A DNA stretch of 64,000 bases from Candidatus Hydrogenedentota bacterium (GCA_963668025.2 CAXXTH010000010.1:224001-288000); one strand, 5' to 3'; counted from the stretch's first letter, positions 30,439 through 40,539 are shown. Numbers and translations are program-made. The notes: a model not told the origin generated them from the sequence alone.

Positions 30439-31449
30439 TAGGGCTATCCGCTTGACTCAAGCGAACACCACATGTTGTTGTCTGAGTCACCTTTTCCCTC
30501 CTCGAATGTCGTCGCCTGTCACGGGGCCGACCTGCGCGGCCTGTTGCATCAGCCGATAGAACAGCTTTCCCCGCGAACGCGACGTTCGACTGTTGAAACG
30601 GAAAGTGAACTCGTCCAGGTAGTAGTCAAGATGAGATGGGCGAACTGCTCCTTGGTGTGTGCCGCCAAGCCATCGTTTCAACAAGGACGCCACGCGATGG
30701 GCCAACGGTAACAGGTTGTCGCCGACTTCAGCCAGGGGCCGCACTTTTTCATGCACGTATCCCTTGCTGCTCACAGTAGCATACCCCGTCCATCCATCCG
30801 TATTCACAACGCTTCCCGGTTCGATCATTTCCTGCATAGCAAAGCCTAGACTGGCAGCGGAAGCATCGGGAACCCGGAAAAGCCGAATACGGCCCACATG
30901 CCTGCCTTCATCCTCCACCGCAATCACCACCAACGTTTTTCCCGCCGCCCCTCGTCCGCGTTTGCCCGGCCGCTCACCGCCAATGTATGTTTCGTCCACT
31001 TGCACTGTACCGGAGAGCCGGTCGCGGCCAGGACGAACCATGGCTGTTCGCAGCTTATGCAACCATATCCAAGTCGTCTCGTACCGCGAAAGCCCCAATA
31101 CACGTTGTAGACCAAGCGCGCTCACTCCCTGTTTCTGGCTGACCACGTACCACATGGCCCGAAACCAAAGCCGCAAGGGCTTCCGGGTATCCTGAAAGAT
31201 GGTTCCAGCAGTAACTGACGTCTCATATCCGCAGGCTTTGCAGTGCCACAAGCCCCTCTCGGTAGTCCACGCACCGGGGTGCTCGCACCTCGGGCAACGA
31301 AACCCGTCCGGCCAGCGGACCTCGGCCAAATACTGGCGGCAGGCAACCTCCGTCGCAAAGCGATCCTCGAACTCCAGGACTGTCTCCGGGTAATTCTCCA
31401 TGCCCAGATACTACATGTTGTGCCCACTTGACTCAAGCGGATAGCCCCA
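30439..31449 (-). mobile_element. IS1595-family element
   Basis: 23-bp imperfect IRs tagggctatccgcttgactcaag / cttgactcaagcggatagcccca; 8-bp TSD aatggaga (30431-38, 31450-57). Confidence 0.92.
30487..31401 (-). CDS. IS1595-family transposase
   Basis: Zn ribbon RWPDGFRCPRC..CKAC; VQVDETYIGG; TDGW; YLDEFTFRFN. Confidence 0.93.
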   Translation of the reverse strand: MENYPETVLEFEDRFATEVACRQYLAEVRWPDGFRCPRCEHPGAWTTERGLWHCKACGYETSVTAGTIFQDTRKPLRLWFRAMWYVVSQKQGVSALGLQRVLGLSRYETTWIWLHKLRTAMVRPGRDRLSGTVQVDETYIGGERPGKRGRGAAGKTLVVIAVEDEGRHVGRIRLFRVPDASAASLGFAMQEMIEPGSVVNTDGWTGYATVSSKGYVHEKVRPLAEVGDNLLPLAHRVASLLKRWLGGTHQGAVRPSHLDYYLDEFTFRFNSRTSRSRGKLFYRLMQQAAQVGPVTGDDIRGGKR

Positions 31450-31465
31450 AATGGAGAAACTCCAG

Positions 31466-32120
31466 AGCATGGCCTTTGGACGTGGTCATAGGGCCTGTGG
31501 CTCAGCCTGTTTGAGCCCATCGGCATCCCCTACACTCGTGTTGTTCCGCAACACCAAGGAAGGAGATGCCAATGAGTCGTTTCCGCAAATTATCACATGC
31601 GATATGGTATTGCCAATATCACATGGTATGGGCGCCCAAATACCGCTACCGGGTTTTGACGGGACCGGTGGGCAAGGAGGTCTACACCTGTATCCAAATG
31701 TTCTGTGGGCAGCAAGGATGCGGGGTGCTCGAATTGAATGTACAGCCCGAGCACGTGCATTTGCTTGTGATGGTTCCGCCAAAGGTGTCGATATCGGATC
31801 TGGCGGGCATTTTGAAGGGGCGTACGGCGATCCGGATATTCAAGCAGTTTCCGCATTTGAAAAAGAAGCCCTATTGGGGCAATCATTTCTGGGCGCCTGG
31901 GTATTGCGTGGATACCGTGGGGCTTAACGAAGAAATGATCCGCAAGTACGTGAAGTTCCAGGAAGAAGCGGAACGTCACGATGAACAGCTAAAATTGAAG
32001 TACTAAACCAAGCGGTGTTGCGGAACACAACCCACGCTTGCATCCTTTGGGTGCAAGCACTCAGCCACTCTCTGAGTGGCCAAAGCAAAGCCACGTCCTC
32101 TGGGCGTGGTTTTTTACTGG
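31466..32120 (+). mobile_element. IS200-like element (tnpA only); ends approximate
   Basis: Imperfect left hairpin agcatggcctttggacgtggt and right hairpin aagccacgtcctctgggcgtggttt flank tnpA. Confidence 0.7.
31572..32006 (+). CDS. tnpA: IS200/IS605 Y1 transposase
   Basis: YHMVWAPKYR, HUH motif EHVHL, FWAPGYCVDTVG, catalytic Y in IRKYVKFQ. Confidence 0.93.
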   Translation: MSRFRKLSHAIWYCQYHMVWAPKYRYRVLTGPVGKEVYTCIQMFCGQQGCGVLELNVQPEHVHLLVMVPPKVSISDLAGILKGRTAIRIFKQFPHLKKKPYWGNHFWAPGYCVDTVGLNEEMIRKYVKFQEEAERHDEQLKLKY

Positions 32121-32332
32121 AGGCCTGGCCATGCAGGAAATCTCGTATAGACCAAACCACACATCCGTATCTTCAAATGAAACGAACTAGAAGACATGAA
32201 AAGAAAGTGATGTCTGAATCGAGCGAAATCATCGAATCGCGCACTCATTCGCCATTGTCTTAAGAGGGGCTCCAATGGGCTTTTTGTCGGCGATACCTCC
32301 GGCTTCGGCCCTTGGCTAGCCGCCGATCAATG

Positions 32333-32380
32333 CGAGCGGGCGCGCCCGATATCTTCAATACCGATCAGGGCAGCCCAGTT
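32333..32380 (+). pseudogene. Tiny remnant of an IS3-family integrase core
   Basis: Encodes GAPDIFNTDQGS, the IS3 xxDQGSQF motif; ends at a REP. Confidence 0.5.
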
Positions 32381-32530
32381 GTAGAGTGGGTTCTGCCCCA
32401 CCGATCAGAGCGGTGGGGCAAGCCCTACCCTACAAATTTTAGTGTATTTAGTGGCCTCAAAATCCAGCCTTTTGGTTGCGGCCATGCCGCACCGTGTTTC
32501 TTCTGCACTTTGCACCTTTTATGGCTATTC
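32381..32530. repeat. REP doublet plus composite short repeats
   Basis: GTAGagtgggttctgccccacc...ggtggggcaagccctaccCTAC; gtggcctcaaaatcc; ttggttgcggccatgccgc. Confidence 0.75.
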
Positions 32531-32535
32531 ATTGC

Positions 32536-33321
32536 TTATACAGTCGCCTTCGTGGCCCCTGTCGAGATGCCGCCATCCACCAGCAGCGTCTGTCCCGTCA
32601 CGTAGACGCTCGCATCAGATGCCAGGAACACCACCGCTCCATCTAAATCATTGGGCTGGCCTGGCCGCTTAAGCGGGATGCGGTCGCACAAATAATCCAC
32701 CCATTGCTGGTTTTCATACAGCACGGCATTTTGTGCGGTCTTGAACCAGCCGGGAGCAAGGCAATTGACGGTAATCCCATGAACGCCCCAATCGTCGGCC
32801 AGGCTCATGGTGAGCTGGCGGACGCCGCCCCGGCTGGCGCAGTACGGGCTAATGCCCGCGTACCCCGCCACGCACGTCACGGAGCCGATGTTGATGATGC
32901 GGCCATACCGGTTCGGAATCATGCCCACCCGCGCCACGGCCTGCGCTACGAAGAACGTGCCCCGCAGATTCGTATCGAGCACCCGGTTCCATTCTTCCCA
33001 GGTGATATCCACGGCGGGCTTGCGCACGTTACAACCGGCGTTGTTCACCAGAATATCAATCTTGCCATACGCCTGCATGGCCGTGTCCGCCATGGCCTGG
33101 ATGCTGCAGTAATCACACACATCGAGCGCCACCGGTACGGCCTTGCGGCCCAGGCATTCAATCTCCGCCTGGAAATCGTTCAAGCGTTCCGGTTCGCGGC
33201 TGGTGATGACAAGGTCTGCGCCCGCCTTGGCCAGCGCCCGGCCCATGTATTGCCCCAGCCCGCGGCTGGTTCCGGTGACAAGGGCCACTTTCCCCGTGAG
33301 ATCAAACAAGCTGCCTTCCAT
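32536..33321 (-). CDS. SDR oxidoreductase (gluconate 5-dehydrogenase/KduD-like)
   Basis: TGTSRGLG, DILVNNAG, YCASR, NCLAPGWF, VTGQTLLVDGG. Confidence 0.9.
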   Translation of the reverse strand: MEGSLFDLTGKVALVTGTSRGLGQYMGRALAKAGADLVITSREPERLNDFQAEIECLGRKAVPVALDVCDYCSIQAMADTAMQAYGKIDILVNNAGCNVRKPAVDITWEEWNRVLDTNLRGTFFVAQAVARVGMIPNRYGRIINIGSVTCVAGYAGISPYCASRGGVRQLTMSLADDWGVHGITVNCLAPGWFKTAQNAVLYENQQWVDYLCDRIPLKRPGQPNDLDGAVVFLASDASVYVTGQTLLVDGGISTGATKATV

Positions 33322-33334
33322 TATTCACCTCCGT

Positions 33335-34375
33335 TTATTCACCTCCGTCCGGCTGCAATATGACTTTCATCAATCCTGGTTCTTTCGCATAGAGCCGCTG
33401 GAACCATTCCGGCCCCTCGGATAGCGGCGCGACAGCGCTCATCAGCGGCTTCACTTGAATCGCGCCACGGGCCATCAAATCGAGACACACTGGATATTCG
33501 CCATTCGAGGCGCAGGAACCGTTCAGCGTGATCTCCCGTGTCACAACGCTTTGCAGCGGCAATTCCGCTTGGGCGGAAAGATTGCCCACCAGCGCCACCA
33601 CACCGCCTTTGCGCACACACGCGATAGCTGTCTGCAAGGGCTTGGATGCGCCCACGACCTCGAACGCCGCATGCGCGCCGTATCCTTCAGTCAGCTCCCG
33701 CACACGCGCTGGCGTATTTTCATTCGCGAGGACGCCATGGCTGGCTCCCATAGACTTCGCCAATTCGAGCTTGCGTTCGTCCACGTCCACGGCAATCAGC
33801 ATGCCACAGCCCGCCGCCCGCGCCGCTTGCACCACCAGCAGGCCAATCATGCCCGCACCCACCACAACTACGCTATCGTTCAGATGCAAGCCCGCCCGCG
33901 CCACGGCATGCACCGCCACGGACACCGGTTCGGCCATGGCCGCTTCTTCGAGGGATACGCCATCGGGAACGCGGTATAGGATGTGTTGCGGCACTACCAC
34001 ATATTCGGCGAAGGCTCCATCACACCGGTATTCTTCGCATGAGACGCCCAGCACTCTCCGGTTATCGCATAGGTTGATGCGCCCCGATCTACAGAACGCG
34101 CATGCGCCGCAATAAATGGTCGAATCAAAGGTTACACGGCTGCCCGGACGCCAACAGGTGGCTTCCACGCCCGCTTGTTCCACCACGCCAGCGGCCTCGT
34201 GCCCCATGATAACCGGCGGACGCCGCCTGCCCGTCGAGCCGTCCATGCCATGCACATCGCTCCCACAGATCCCGCATGCGCCGACCCGCACCAGCACCTC
34301 TTTCGGCCCCGGGGAAGGAGTGGGGACATCCTCGATGGCGAATTGGCGGTATGCGGTAAGGACCAAAGCCTGCAT
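33335..34375 (-). CDS. Zinc-binding sugar-alcohol dehydrogenase (galactitol-1-P/L-iditol DH-like)
   Basis: GICGSD, GHE, C..C..C.......C structural Zn site, GAGMIG. Confidence 0.9.
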   Translation of the reverse strand: MQALVLTAYRQFAIEDVPTPSPGPKEVLVRVGACGICGSDVHGMDGSTGRRRPPVIMGHEAAGVVEQAGVEATCWRPGSRVTFDSTIYCGACAFCRSGRINLCDNRRVLGVSCEEYRCDGAFAEYVVVPQHILYRVPDGVSLEEAAMAEPVSVAVHAVARAGLHLNDSVVVVGAGMIGLLVVQAARAAGCGMLIAVDVDERKLELAKSMGASHGVLANENTPARVRELTEGYGAHAAFEVVGASKPLQTAIACVRKGGVVALVGNLSAQAELPLQSVVTREITLNGSCASNGEYPVCLDLMARGAIQVKPLMSAVAPLSEGPEWFQRLYAKEPGLMKVILQPDGGE

Positions 34376-34553
34376 CTGGCATCCTCCCATTTCGTATAAG
34401 TATAGCAAATTATAGGCTATTATAAAATCACAAATAAGTCCGATATTGACATATCCGTCTGATTCTGATATAGCTTTACCCAGTCTCCGGCCTATGGAAT
34501 GCCGGATTCACAACAGCATATCACGCATGCGCCGCGAATTGGAGGAGAAACAC

Positions 34554-35801
34554 ATGAGCGATGCACGCCGCCCTTCCACGCTTCATCCCCGGACGGACTG
34601 GTTCCGCGATCTGGGATTTGGCATGTTCATTCATTGGGGTCCTTATAGTGTTCTGGGCCGTGGTGAGTGGGCGATCCATGACGAACGCATCCCGCCGGAG
34701 GAATACGACGAGATCACGCGGCGCTTCACCGCCAGCAAGTTTGACGCCCGCGCCTGGGTGGAGCTGGCGAAGGCCGCAGGCATGAAATATATCGTGCTGA
34801 CTACATGCCACGGCGACGGGTATTGCCTTTTTGGCACCAAAGCCTGCGCACGCAACTCGGTGGACATGACTCCCAAACGCGACCTGGTGCGCGAATACGT
34901 GGAGGCCTGCCGGGAAGGGGGCCTCGGGGTGGGATTCTACTACGGCATGACGACGTGGTATGAAAACGCCAAACGTTTCGGCACGTTCGACATCCGCTCG
35001 AATCCTCTCGAAAATCCCGCGCGGCGGGAAGGCTGGAAAAGCTTAATGGCGATGAAATATGCCTTATTGCGTGATATTTTGTCGAATTATGGCCCTATCG
35101 ATATTTTATGGCTCGATGACCTTCCCCACGTAGGCGAATCCTACGACGCCGAAGGCATGTACCGGATGGTCCGGGAGTTTCAACCTAATTGCATGCTGGG
35201 CGAGAACACGCGGGGCTGTGGCAATGGCGACTTTGATATCGCCGAGGAGCGCTTCCTCGATTCACCTCCGGAGCGCCCGTGGGAATTGTGCATGCCCATC
35301 GCCGTGCGCTGGGGTTATCATCGCGGCGACACGGATTACAAATCGATTCGCCACATCCTGAGCCTGTTGCGCCGATGCGCCAGTGGGCGGGGCAACCTGC
35401 TATTGAACACTGGCCCCTACGAAGATGGCCGCATGCAGCCGGAGCAAGAAAAAATCCTGCGCACCGTAGGCGCGTGGCTTAAGCAGCAAGGCCAATCCGT
35501 GTTCGGATGCAAGAGTGTGTTCCCCGGCCACGCGGAATGGGGCGATGCGGCATCGACGGATGGCAAATATCTCTATCTGCATGTGGACCGCTGGATGGGC
35601 GAGCAATGGGCCTGCGGCGGCCTGCAAAACCAGGTGCGCTCGGCCACCTTGTTAAGCACTGGGGAGCCGGTGGCCTTCGAGCAGCAAGCGCCCAATCGCA
35701 TCATTTTCAGCGGGCTTCCGCTGGACCCGCCGGATCCCAACTGCAACGTATTTGCCATCGAGACGGAGGGCAAACCTGACCTACATCCTTGGATGGAATA
35801 G
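34554..35801 (+). CDS. Alpha-L-fucosidase-like protein (GH29), no signal peptide
   Basis: WF..FGMFIHWG.YS, FDA..W..LAK.AGMKY.VLT..H.DG, RDLVRE..EAC, DILWLD, PWE.C, GNLLLN.GP. Confidence 0.88.
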   Translation: MSDARRPSTLHPRTDWFRDLGFGMFIHWGPYSVLGRGEWAIHDERIPPEEYDEITRRFTASKFDARAWVELAKAAGMKYIVLTTCHGDGYCLFGTKACARNSVDMTPKRDLVREYVEACREGGLGVGFYYGMTTWYENAKRFGTFDIRSNPLENPARREGWKSLMAMKYALLRDILSNYGPIDILWLDDLPHVGESYDAEGMYRMVREFQPNCMLGENTRGCGNGDFDIAEERFLDSPPERPWELCMPIAVRWGYHRGDTDYKSIRHILSLLRRCASGRGNLLLNTGPYEDGRMQPEQEKILRTVGAWLKQQGQSVFGCKSVFPGHAEWGDAASTDGKYLYLHVDRWMGEQWACGGLQNQVRSATLLSTGEPVAFEQQAPNRIIFSGLPLDPPDPNCNVFAIETEGKPDLHPWME

Positions 35802-35871
35802 TTTACTGCGCTTGTGGTTCCGCTGCACCCATTCACCCGAGGTGCAGCGGCGTCCGGACATGCGATTCTAA

Positions 35872-37917
35872 TTACCGTTTCACGCGAAGCTGGATGATCG
35901 TATCCACGGGATCAATCTCGATATCCCGCACATCCACCATGACCCTATTTCCACATTGCTCGAATCCCAGCGGTTTGCCGGAAGGCACAAGCGCCGCTTC
36001 GCCCGCCACACCGGGGAATGGGTCAATGTCGAGAAATCCCCGTTCATGAAGGCCCCGCTTGCCCAGGGGATTCGCCAGTATATGCAGGTAGACATCACCG
36101 GTATTCTGGCTTAAAACAGCATATCCCCAGTCCATATTGGGCAGCTCCAGCGGGAGTGTCTGGTAGATAGAATCCCGGCGCGGTTCGACCCAATCACCGA
36201 TCTGGCGCAGCATCTCGACTGTATTGTGTCCTTCTTCTAGAAACGGCGTCGCGTCTAAATCAAAACCTCGCAACGCTTTTAAATTCGCTGGCTCCGCCAG
36301 CATGGTAATTAACGCCCGGCACCATTCTTGCGCATCCATATATCCCATCCAAGGCAATTTCCACGAGTCAGCAGGCAGATATTTCACGCTATTTCCCAGC
36401 GGCGGATCCGATGGCCACTGCCCCCAATAAGAGTCTGTTTTGAAAGCCCCATGCACTTGCACCATATCCAAATCTCCTACTTCGTATTCCCTGGAGCGAA
36501 TCTCGGCGTTTACAGTGATCAGGCAGCCTGGATCCAGAGCGCGAATCAAGCTATATAAGGCGTCGAACTCGACGGTATCCTGGTCCGGTTTGCGAAATCC
36601 CCCATACATTTCATCAAACCACCACAGTGCGGGCTTGTTTTGTGTCATGTAGTACTCAAGCGCTTCGTGCATGTGGTCGGCATGGGCTTTGTAACTGGGG
36701 GCCTGATCCCGGAAATCCTTGAAGCTCATGTACTGGGCGAACCGGATGCCTGCATCGAGCAAGGCTTGCCGGTACCGGCGCATATCAGGAGTATTCACAA
36801 ACTTAAGAGAACCATTCGGCTCGATGTCATACTTCGAAAACACCGTGTACGCCTGCCAGGCATACCCGATTCGCTGCATAAGGGCGATCTGTTCTTCAAC
36901 ATGATCAAACGTCCAAATATTCGGGCCTTCTCCATGGTGGCGCAACCCCCCTACGCGGGTCGATTTCTCCCACCATTCAGCGGTCGGACGTACCGCCACT
37001 TCGAGCGGCAGGACTATTGCCGCTTGTTGAGGCGGATTGGAACTGTCCGTGACCGTGAGCGAAACCATATGTGTTCCCAGCGCGCTGCTTTCGCCTAAAA
37101 ACTCGCCATCGGCGGGATCCAGCGAGACGCCTGGCGGCAGCCCTTCAGCCATCCATGTGTATGGAGGGGTTCCGCCACAGGCCAGCATGCGATACGGCGA
37201 AGCGCTGGCGTTATCCCAGGGATATTTGCCACTGGGATTGCGCACGGAGAGCCAGACATAAGGCTGGCCATCGTAAGCCTTTGGCAAGGCTTGCGTTTCG
37301 ATGGCGGGTGCATTGCCTGGCCCTTCAATGGACCACTCCGTTCCTTGCAGCGCGGCTCCTTGAGAATCGGTGAAGCCCAAGTAGAATCCCCATATCCGGC
37401 GGTCATTTTCGATTGCAGCGAGTATGCGGTTCCAGCCTTGGGATAAATGGACGGGCTTCGACGCCGTGTCCCGCATGGCCTGGCGTGTTTCGGATTGCTC
37501 GAACACCACTTCTCCATCGAGCCAAACCCGGCCCCGATCATTCACGCTGAACCACAACAACACCTCTTGTGCGCAAGGTGACCAAAGATAACCGCCGCAA
37601 TACGCTGATTTGTGTTCGGTCCCGCTGCCCGGCCCATCCATCCGGCCTTTCATGAAGAAGGTATAGAGGTCGTTGTAGTCGTCCTGATTACGGCAATACA
37701 GCCGGTCATCGAAATACCGCCATTCTTTGCCGGATGCTTTTGCCCCAAGCCGGGGAGCCAACTGCCCAGCTTCTTGGACCGGCTTTCCTTCGGGAAATGG
37801 GCCTAGTACGGCCCAAGTGGTGATTCGGTGGGCAAGGGGTGGGGCATATGCATCCAAAGCTTGACATGCGAAAGAAAGGGATAACAAGAACCATGTAATC
37901 GCCATGCGCGCAGCCAT
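35872..37917 (-). CDS. Secreted multidomain GH29-like protein, paralog 3
   Basis: DDRLYCRNQDDYNDLYTFF, SASPYR..GGTPPY.W, PALWWFD, WGY..VYLHILANP.GK. Confidence 0.65.
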   Translation of the reverse strand: MAARMAITWFLLSLSFACQALDAYAPPLAHRITTWAVLGPFPEGKPVQEAGQLAPRLGAKASGKEWRYFDDRLYCRNQDDYNDLYTFFMKGRMDGPGSGTEHKSAYCGGYLWSPCAQEVLLWFSVNDRGRVWLDGEVVFEQSETRQAMRDTASKPVHLSQGWNRILAAIENDRRIWGFYLGFTDSQGAALQGTEWSIEGPGNAPAIETQALPKAYDGQPYVWLSVRNPSGKYPWDNASASPYRMLACGGTPPYTWMAEGLPPGVSLDPADGEFLGESSALGTHMVSLTVTDSSNPPQQAAIVLPLEVAVRPTAEWWEKSTRVGGLRHHGEGPNIWTFDHVEEQIALMQRIGYAWQAYTVFSKYDIEPNGSLKFVNTPDMRRYRQALLDAGIRFAQYMSFKDFRDQAPSYKAHADHMHEALEYYMTQNKPALWWFDEMYGGFRKPDQDTVEFDALYSLIRALDPGCLITVNAEIRSREYEVGDLDMVQVHGAFKTDSYWGQWPSDPPLGNSVKYLPADSWKLPWMGYMDAQEWCRALITMLAEPANLKALRGFDLDATPFLEEGHNTVEMLRQIGDWVEPRRDSIYQTLPLELPNMDWGYAVLSQNTGDVYLHILANPLGKRGLHERGFLDIDPFPGVAGEAALVPSGKPLGFEQCGNRVMVDVRDIEIDPVDTIIQLRVKR

Positions 37918-38071
37918 ACTTATCCTCCTCTACGTACATGCACCCAAGGTAAAAAAAAGCAAATAGCAAGCGTATTTTAAAGAATAAATCTATCACATAT
38001 TGAGTATATCGTCAAGCAAAATAACCATATCCAATTAAAGGATGCTATTTTTAACTTTTAATCCAAAATGC

Positions 38072-39322
38072 TCACCCAGCAAGCTCATGGATGCAGCGGC
38101 GGGCCATAGCCGCCCATTCGGCCAGACGGCTGGGTTCGCCCAATACGGTGCGGATGTCTTTGAGGATGATTTCGACGGAAGCGCCGCGCGTGATATTGAG
38201 GATACGCCGTAAATCTGCTTCGGCGCGCTCCAGCTCCCACGTACGTTCCGCCAGAAATGAGGGGCTTGGTTTGATGGACAGGACATACCGCTCTCCTGCG
38301 CCTTGTTCCATCGCGGAGTTCAGATCGGCCCATGGACTCATGGAGACCTTGCGCAAGCGGGGTATCTGCTTCAAGATATGCAGCTTCTGATGGAGGGGTT
38401 CGCAGCAGCCATAATAATTGAGTCCAAACTGCGCCAGCCAGCGCAATTCGTATTGCAGTGCGAACGTTTCATGCATTTCCGGTGATACGGCGCAGAAGAT
38501 TTGCGCCGCCGCACATCCCCATTGCTGGAGGGGTTGGACGGGCTGATGCCGTTCCGTGGGCGCAGGCAGCGCACCGCAAAACGCCAATCCGCCTGAACCC
38601 GTGGTGTTATCACCCGCGTTCGGTTCCAGCGCGCCTTGGCTTTCGAGTTGGCGGAGGCGGTACAGGTATGCGGATACCAGCCGTTCGATGGCGGCATGCA
38701 CCAGCTCCGGGCGCAGCGCCATATCCGCAAGCGCCTGTTCGACTCCATACCATCGGATAAGCTCGTCCCATGGGGCGAACCAGATGCGTCCTGCGCCCCG
38801 CACGCAAACTGGCAATATGCCTTCAAAGATAGCGTCCAGTCCGGCCCGGCGCTGCTCGGTGGCTGCCCAATCCACGATGACTTCGGGCATTTCTATCTTG
38901 GCCACATCGGCTTCGCAGGTGATCTGCGGGGTGAAATGTTGGGTGTAGATGGAACCGCCGGGGGCTAGGCGGGCGTCGCCGGTTTGCTGGATGCCAAATC
39001 CGGAATCTTGCACCACCAGCGGGCAGATAATGCCATGCTCCACCACCATGTCTCCGGGGAAATGCCGCCACTGGTACAACGTGCGGCGAAGGCGCTGCTC
39101 GACGCCGTGAAGCGCGGGGTCCGCACAGGCAAGCGCTAGTTCTCCAGCTTGCTCGAATTCGCTCCACGGAACTTGATAGATGAACAACGCGGGCTGTGTG
39201 GCGCGTTTTTCATTTACTCCACGCCATAAGGCCCGGCGTTCTTCCTGTTCGGGCCTGGAAGCAATCTCCGCAATCTCCGATGCGAGGCGGCGTAACACAT
39301 CCCGGTCTTGCATGCATGCCAT
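38072..39322 (-). CDS. URO-D-like conserved protein
   Basis: DR..LR.LA..IAEIA, W.HFPGDMVVE, VSPEMHE.FAL.YE, YYGCCEPLH, LRKVSMSPW, EIILKDI.TV. Confidence 0.7.
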   Translation of the reverse strand: MACMQDRDVLRRLASEIAEIASRPEQEERRALWRGVNEKRATQPALFIYQVPWSEFEQAGELALACADPALHGVEQRLRRTLYQWRHFPGDMVVEHGIICPLVVQDSGFGIQQTGDARLAPGGSIYTQHFTPQITCEADVAKIEMPEVIVDWAATEQRRAGLDAIFEGILPVCVRGAGRIWFAPWDELIRWYGVEQALADMALRPELVHAAIERLVSAYLYRLRQLESQGALEPNAGDNTTGSGGLAFCGALPAPTERHQPVQPLQQWGCAAAQIFCAVSPEMHETFALQYELRWLAQFGLNYYGCCEPLHQKLHILKQIPRLRKVSMSPWADLNSAMEQGAGERYVLSIKPSPSFLAERTWELERAEADLRRILNITRGASVEIILKDIRTVLGEPSRLAEWAAMARRCIHELAG

Positions 39323-39402
39323 AAGGGTATCCTTCAACTGAGCGGCCACGGGAGCCGAAACCTCCCGTGGCCTCACATGGAGTGCTTTATGTAAAAATAC
39401 GC

Positions 39403-40539
39403 TTACTTGCCGATGCGCTTGCGAATCATGGCCACCGCACTGCCCGCGCATCCCGCTCCGAGAAGCGCCAAGCCCAGGAGGCCCGCCACCGGCACGGCCG
39501 ACGCCGAACCTGTGGAAACTACTAACGTCACCGTCTGGCCGGACGCTAACGCCGTGCCCGCTTCGGGCTCCGTACGGATAATGTCGCCCGCGGGAACGGT
39601 GTCACTGGCTTCTTGTTCCACTTCCACGACATAGCCCGCGTCTTCGAGGGCCGTTGTCGCTTCGCCTTGGCTCATACCCGACACACTCGGCACGGTTCCG
39701 CCGCCACCCGCTGTGTATTCGATGATCAATTTTGGGTGGGAGTTGGGCGTGGCTTCACCGTCAATGTTCGCATTCTGGTTGATCATACCGACATAATAGG
39801 TGCCGCCGCCCTTGGCAAAATTCACCAATTCCGGGCCTGCTCCGAAAAGAAATCCCGCATCCACGCCCGTATTCGCCACGCTTTGGAGATAGGCGATGCC
39901 TTCGGCGCTAAACGGGCATTCCACCATCGCATCCAGCACCAAATCCCCTTCGCCATTGTTAGCATAAGTGAATCCGCCGCTGACGCTCACGGAACCCGTG
40001 GCGATTGGGCTGTCGAAATCGCCTACGTTGTAATCACCTGCCACACCGGGATCATCCGGATGGCCTTTTGGAAACAGGCCGGCGTCCACATTCGCCCAAT
40101 CCGTGGAGTCGCTCAAGCTTTCAAACCATACACTCGAGCCTACCCATGCGGCATTGGCGGCAGCGACGGGCCAGCACATGTACGTATGCGGATCTGGCCA
40201 TGCGCTTGGCGTGCCCGCCGCGCGAATCATGCCGCCGGAAACAAAGGTGGCGCTGGTGATTGTAGAGCCTGACGGCAAGGCGGAGAGATCAAACCGCGAC
40301 AGGTAATATCCCACCGTCACACCTGAAACGACATTGCCTGTCCACGGTTTCCCCAACTGGCTGTATGAATCCGAATACAGATTCTCGGGGGGCTGTTTGT
40401 GAATGACGAAGCATCCGTCATGCGTATACTCAGCGGCTGGCGATACCCCTTGCTGCAACACCAGCGTGTCGGCATAACTGATGCCGCAAATGAGCATGGT
40501 TATGCCCGCCATAATAAAGCACAAAGCCGACTTTTTCAT
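39403..40539 (-). CDS. Cell-surface protein: DNRLRE-like domain, PASTA domain, VP-TM-basic sorting tail
   Basis: Signal peptide; RFDLSALPSGSTITSA..HPKLIIEY; PASTA VPSVSGMS..SDTVPAG.II.T.P.AG...V.LVVSTG; AVPVAGLLGLALL...IRKRIGK. Confidence 0.75.
   Translation of the reverse strand: MKKSALCFIMAGITMLICGISYADTLVLQQGVSPAAEYTHDGCFVIHKQPPENLYSDSYSQLGKPWTGNVVSGVTVGYYLSRFDLSALPSGSTITSATFVSGGMIRAAGTPSAWPDPHTYMCWPVAAANAAWVGSSVWFESLSDSTDWANVDAGLFPKGHPDDPGVAGDYNVGDFDSPIATGSVSVSGGFTYANNGEGDLVLDAMVECPFSAEGIAYLQSVANTGVDAGFLFGAGPELVNFAKGGGTYYVGMINQNANIDGEATPNSHPKLIIEYTAGGGGTVPSVSGMSQGEATTALEDAGYVVEVEQEASDTVPAGDIIRTEPEAGTALASGQTVTLVVSTGSASAVPVAGLLGLALLGAGCAGSAVAMIRKRIGK

Larger units (their letters stand above)
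27303..31465 (+). mobile_element. IS701-like element, copy 1 (carries nested IS630 and IS1595)
   Basis: Terminal IRs ctggagtttct / agaaactccag; near-identical to the uninterrupted copy at 60380-62283. Confidence 0.88.

Noticed and set aside
32007-32330. tnpB or omega-RNA downstream of IS200 tnpA
   Set aside because: No TnpB-like ORF; the right-end hairpin follows within about 110 bp.
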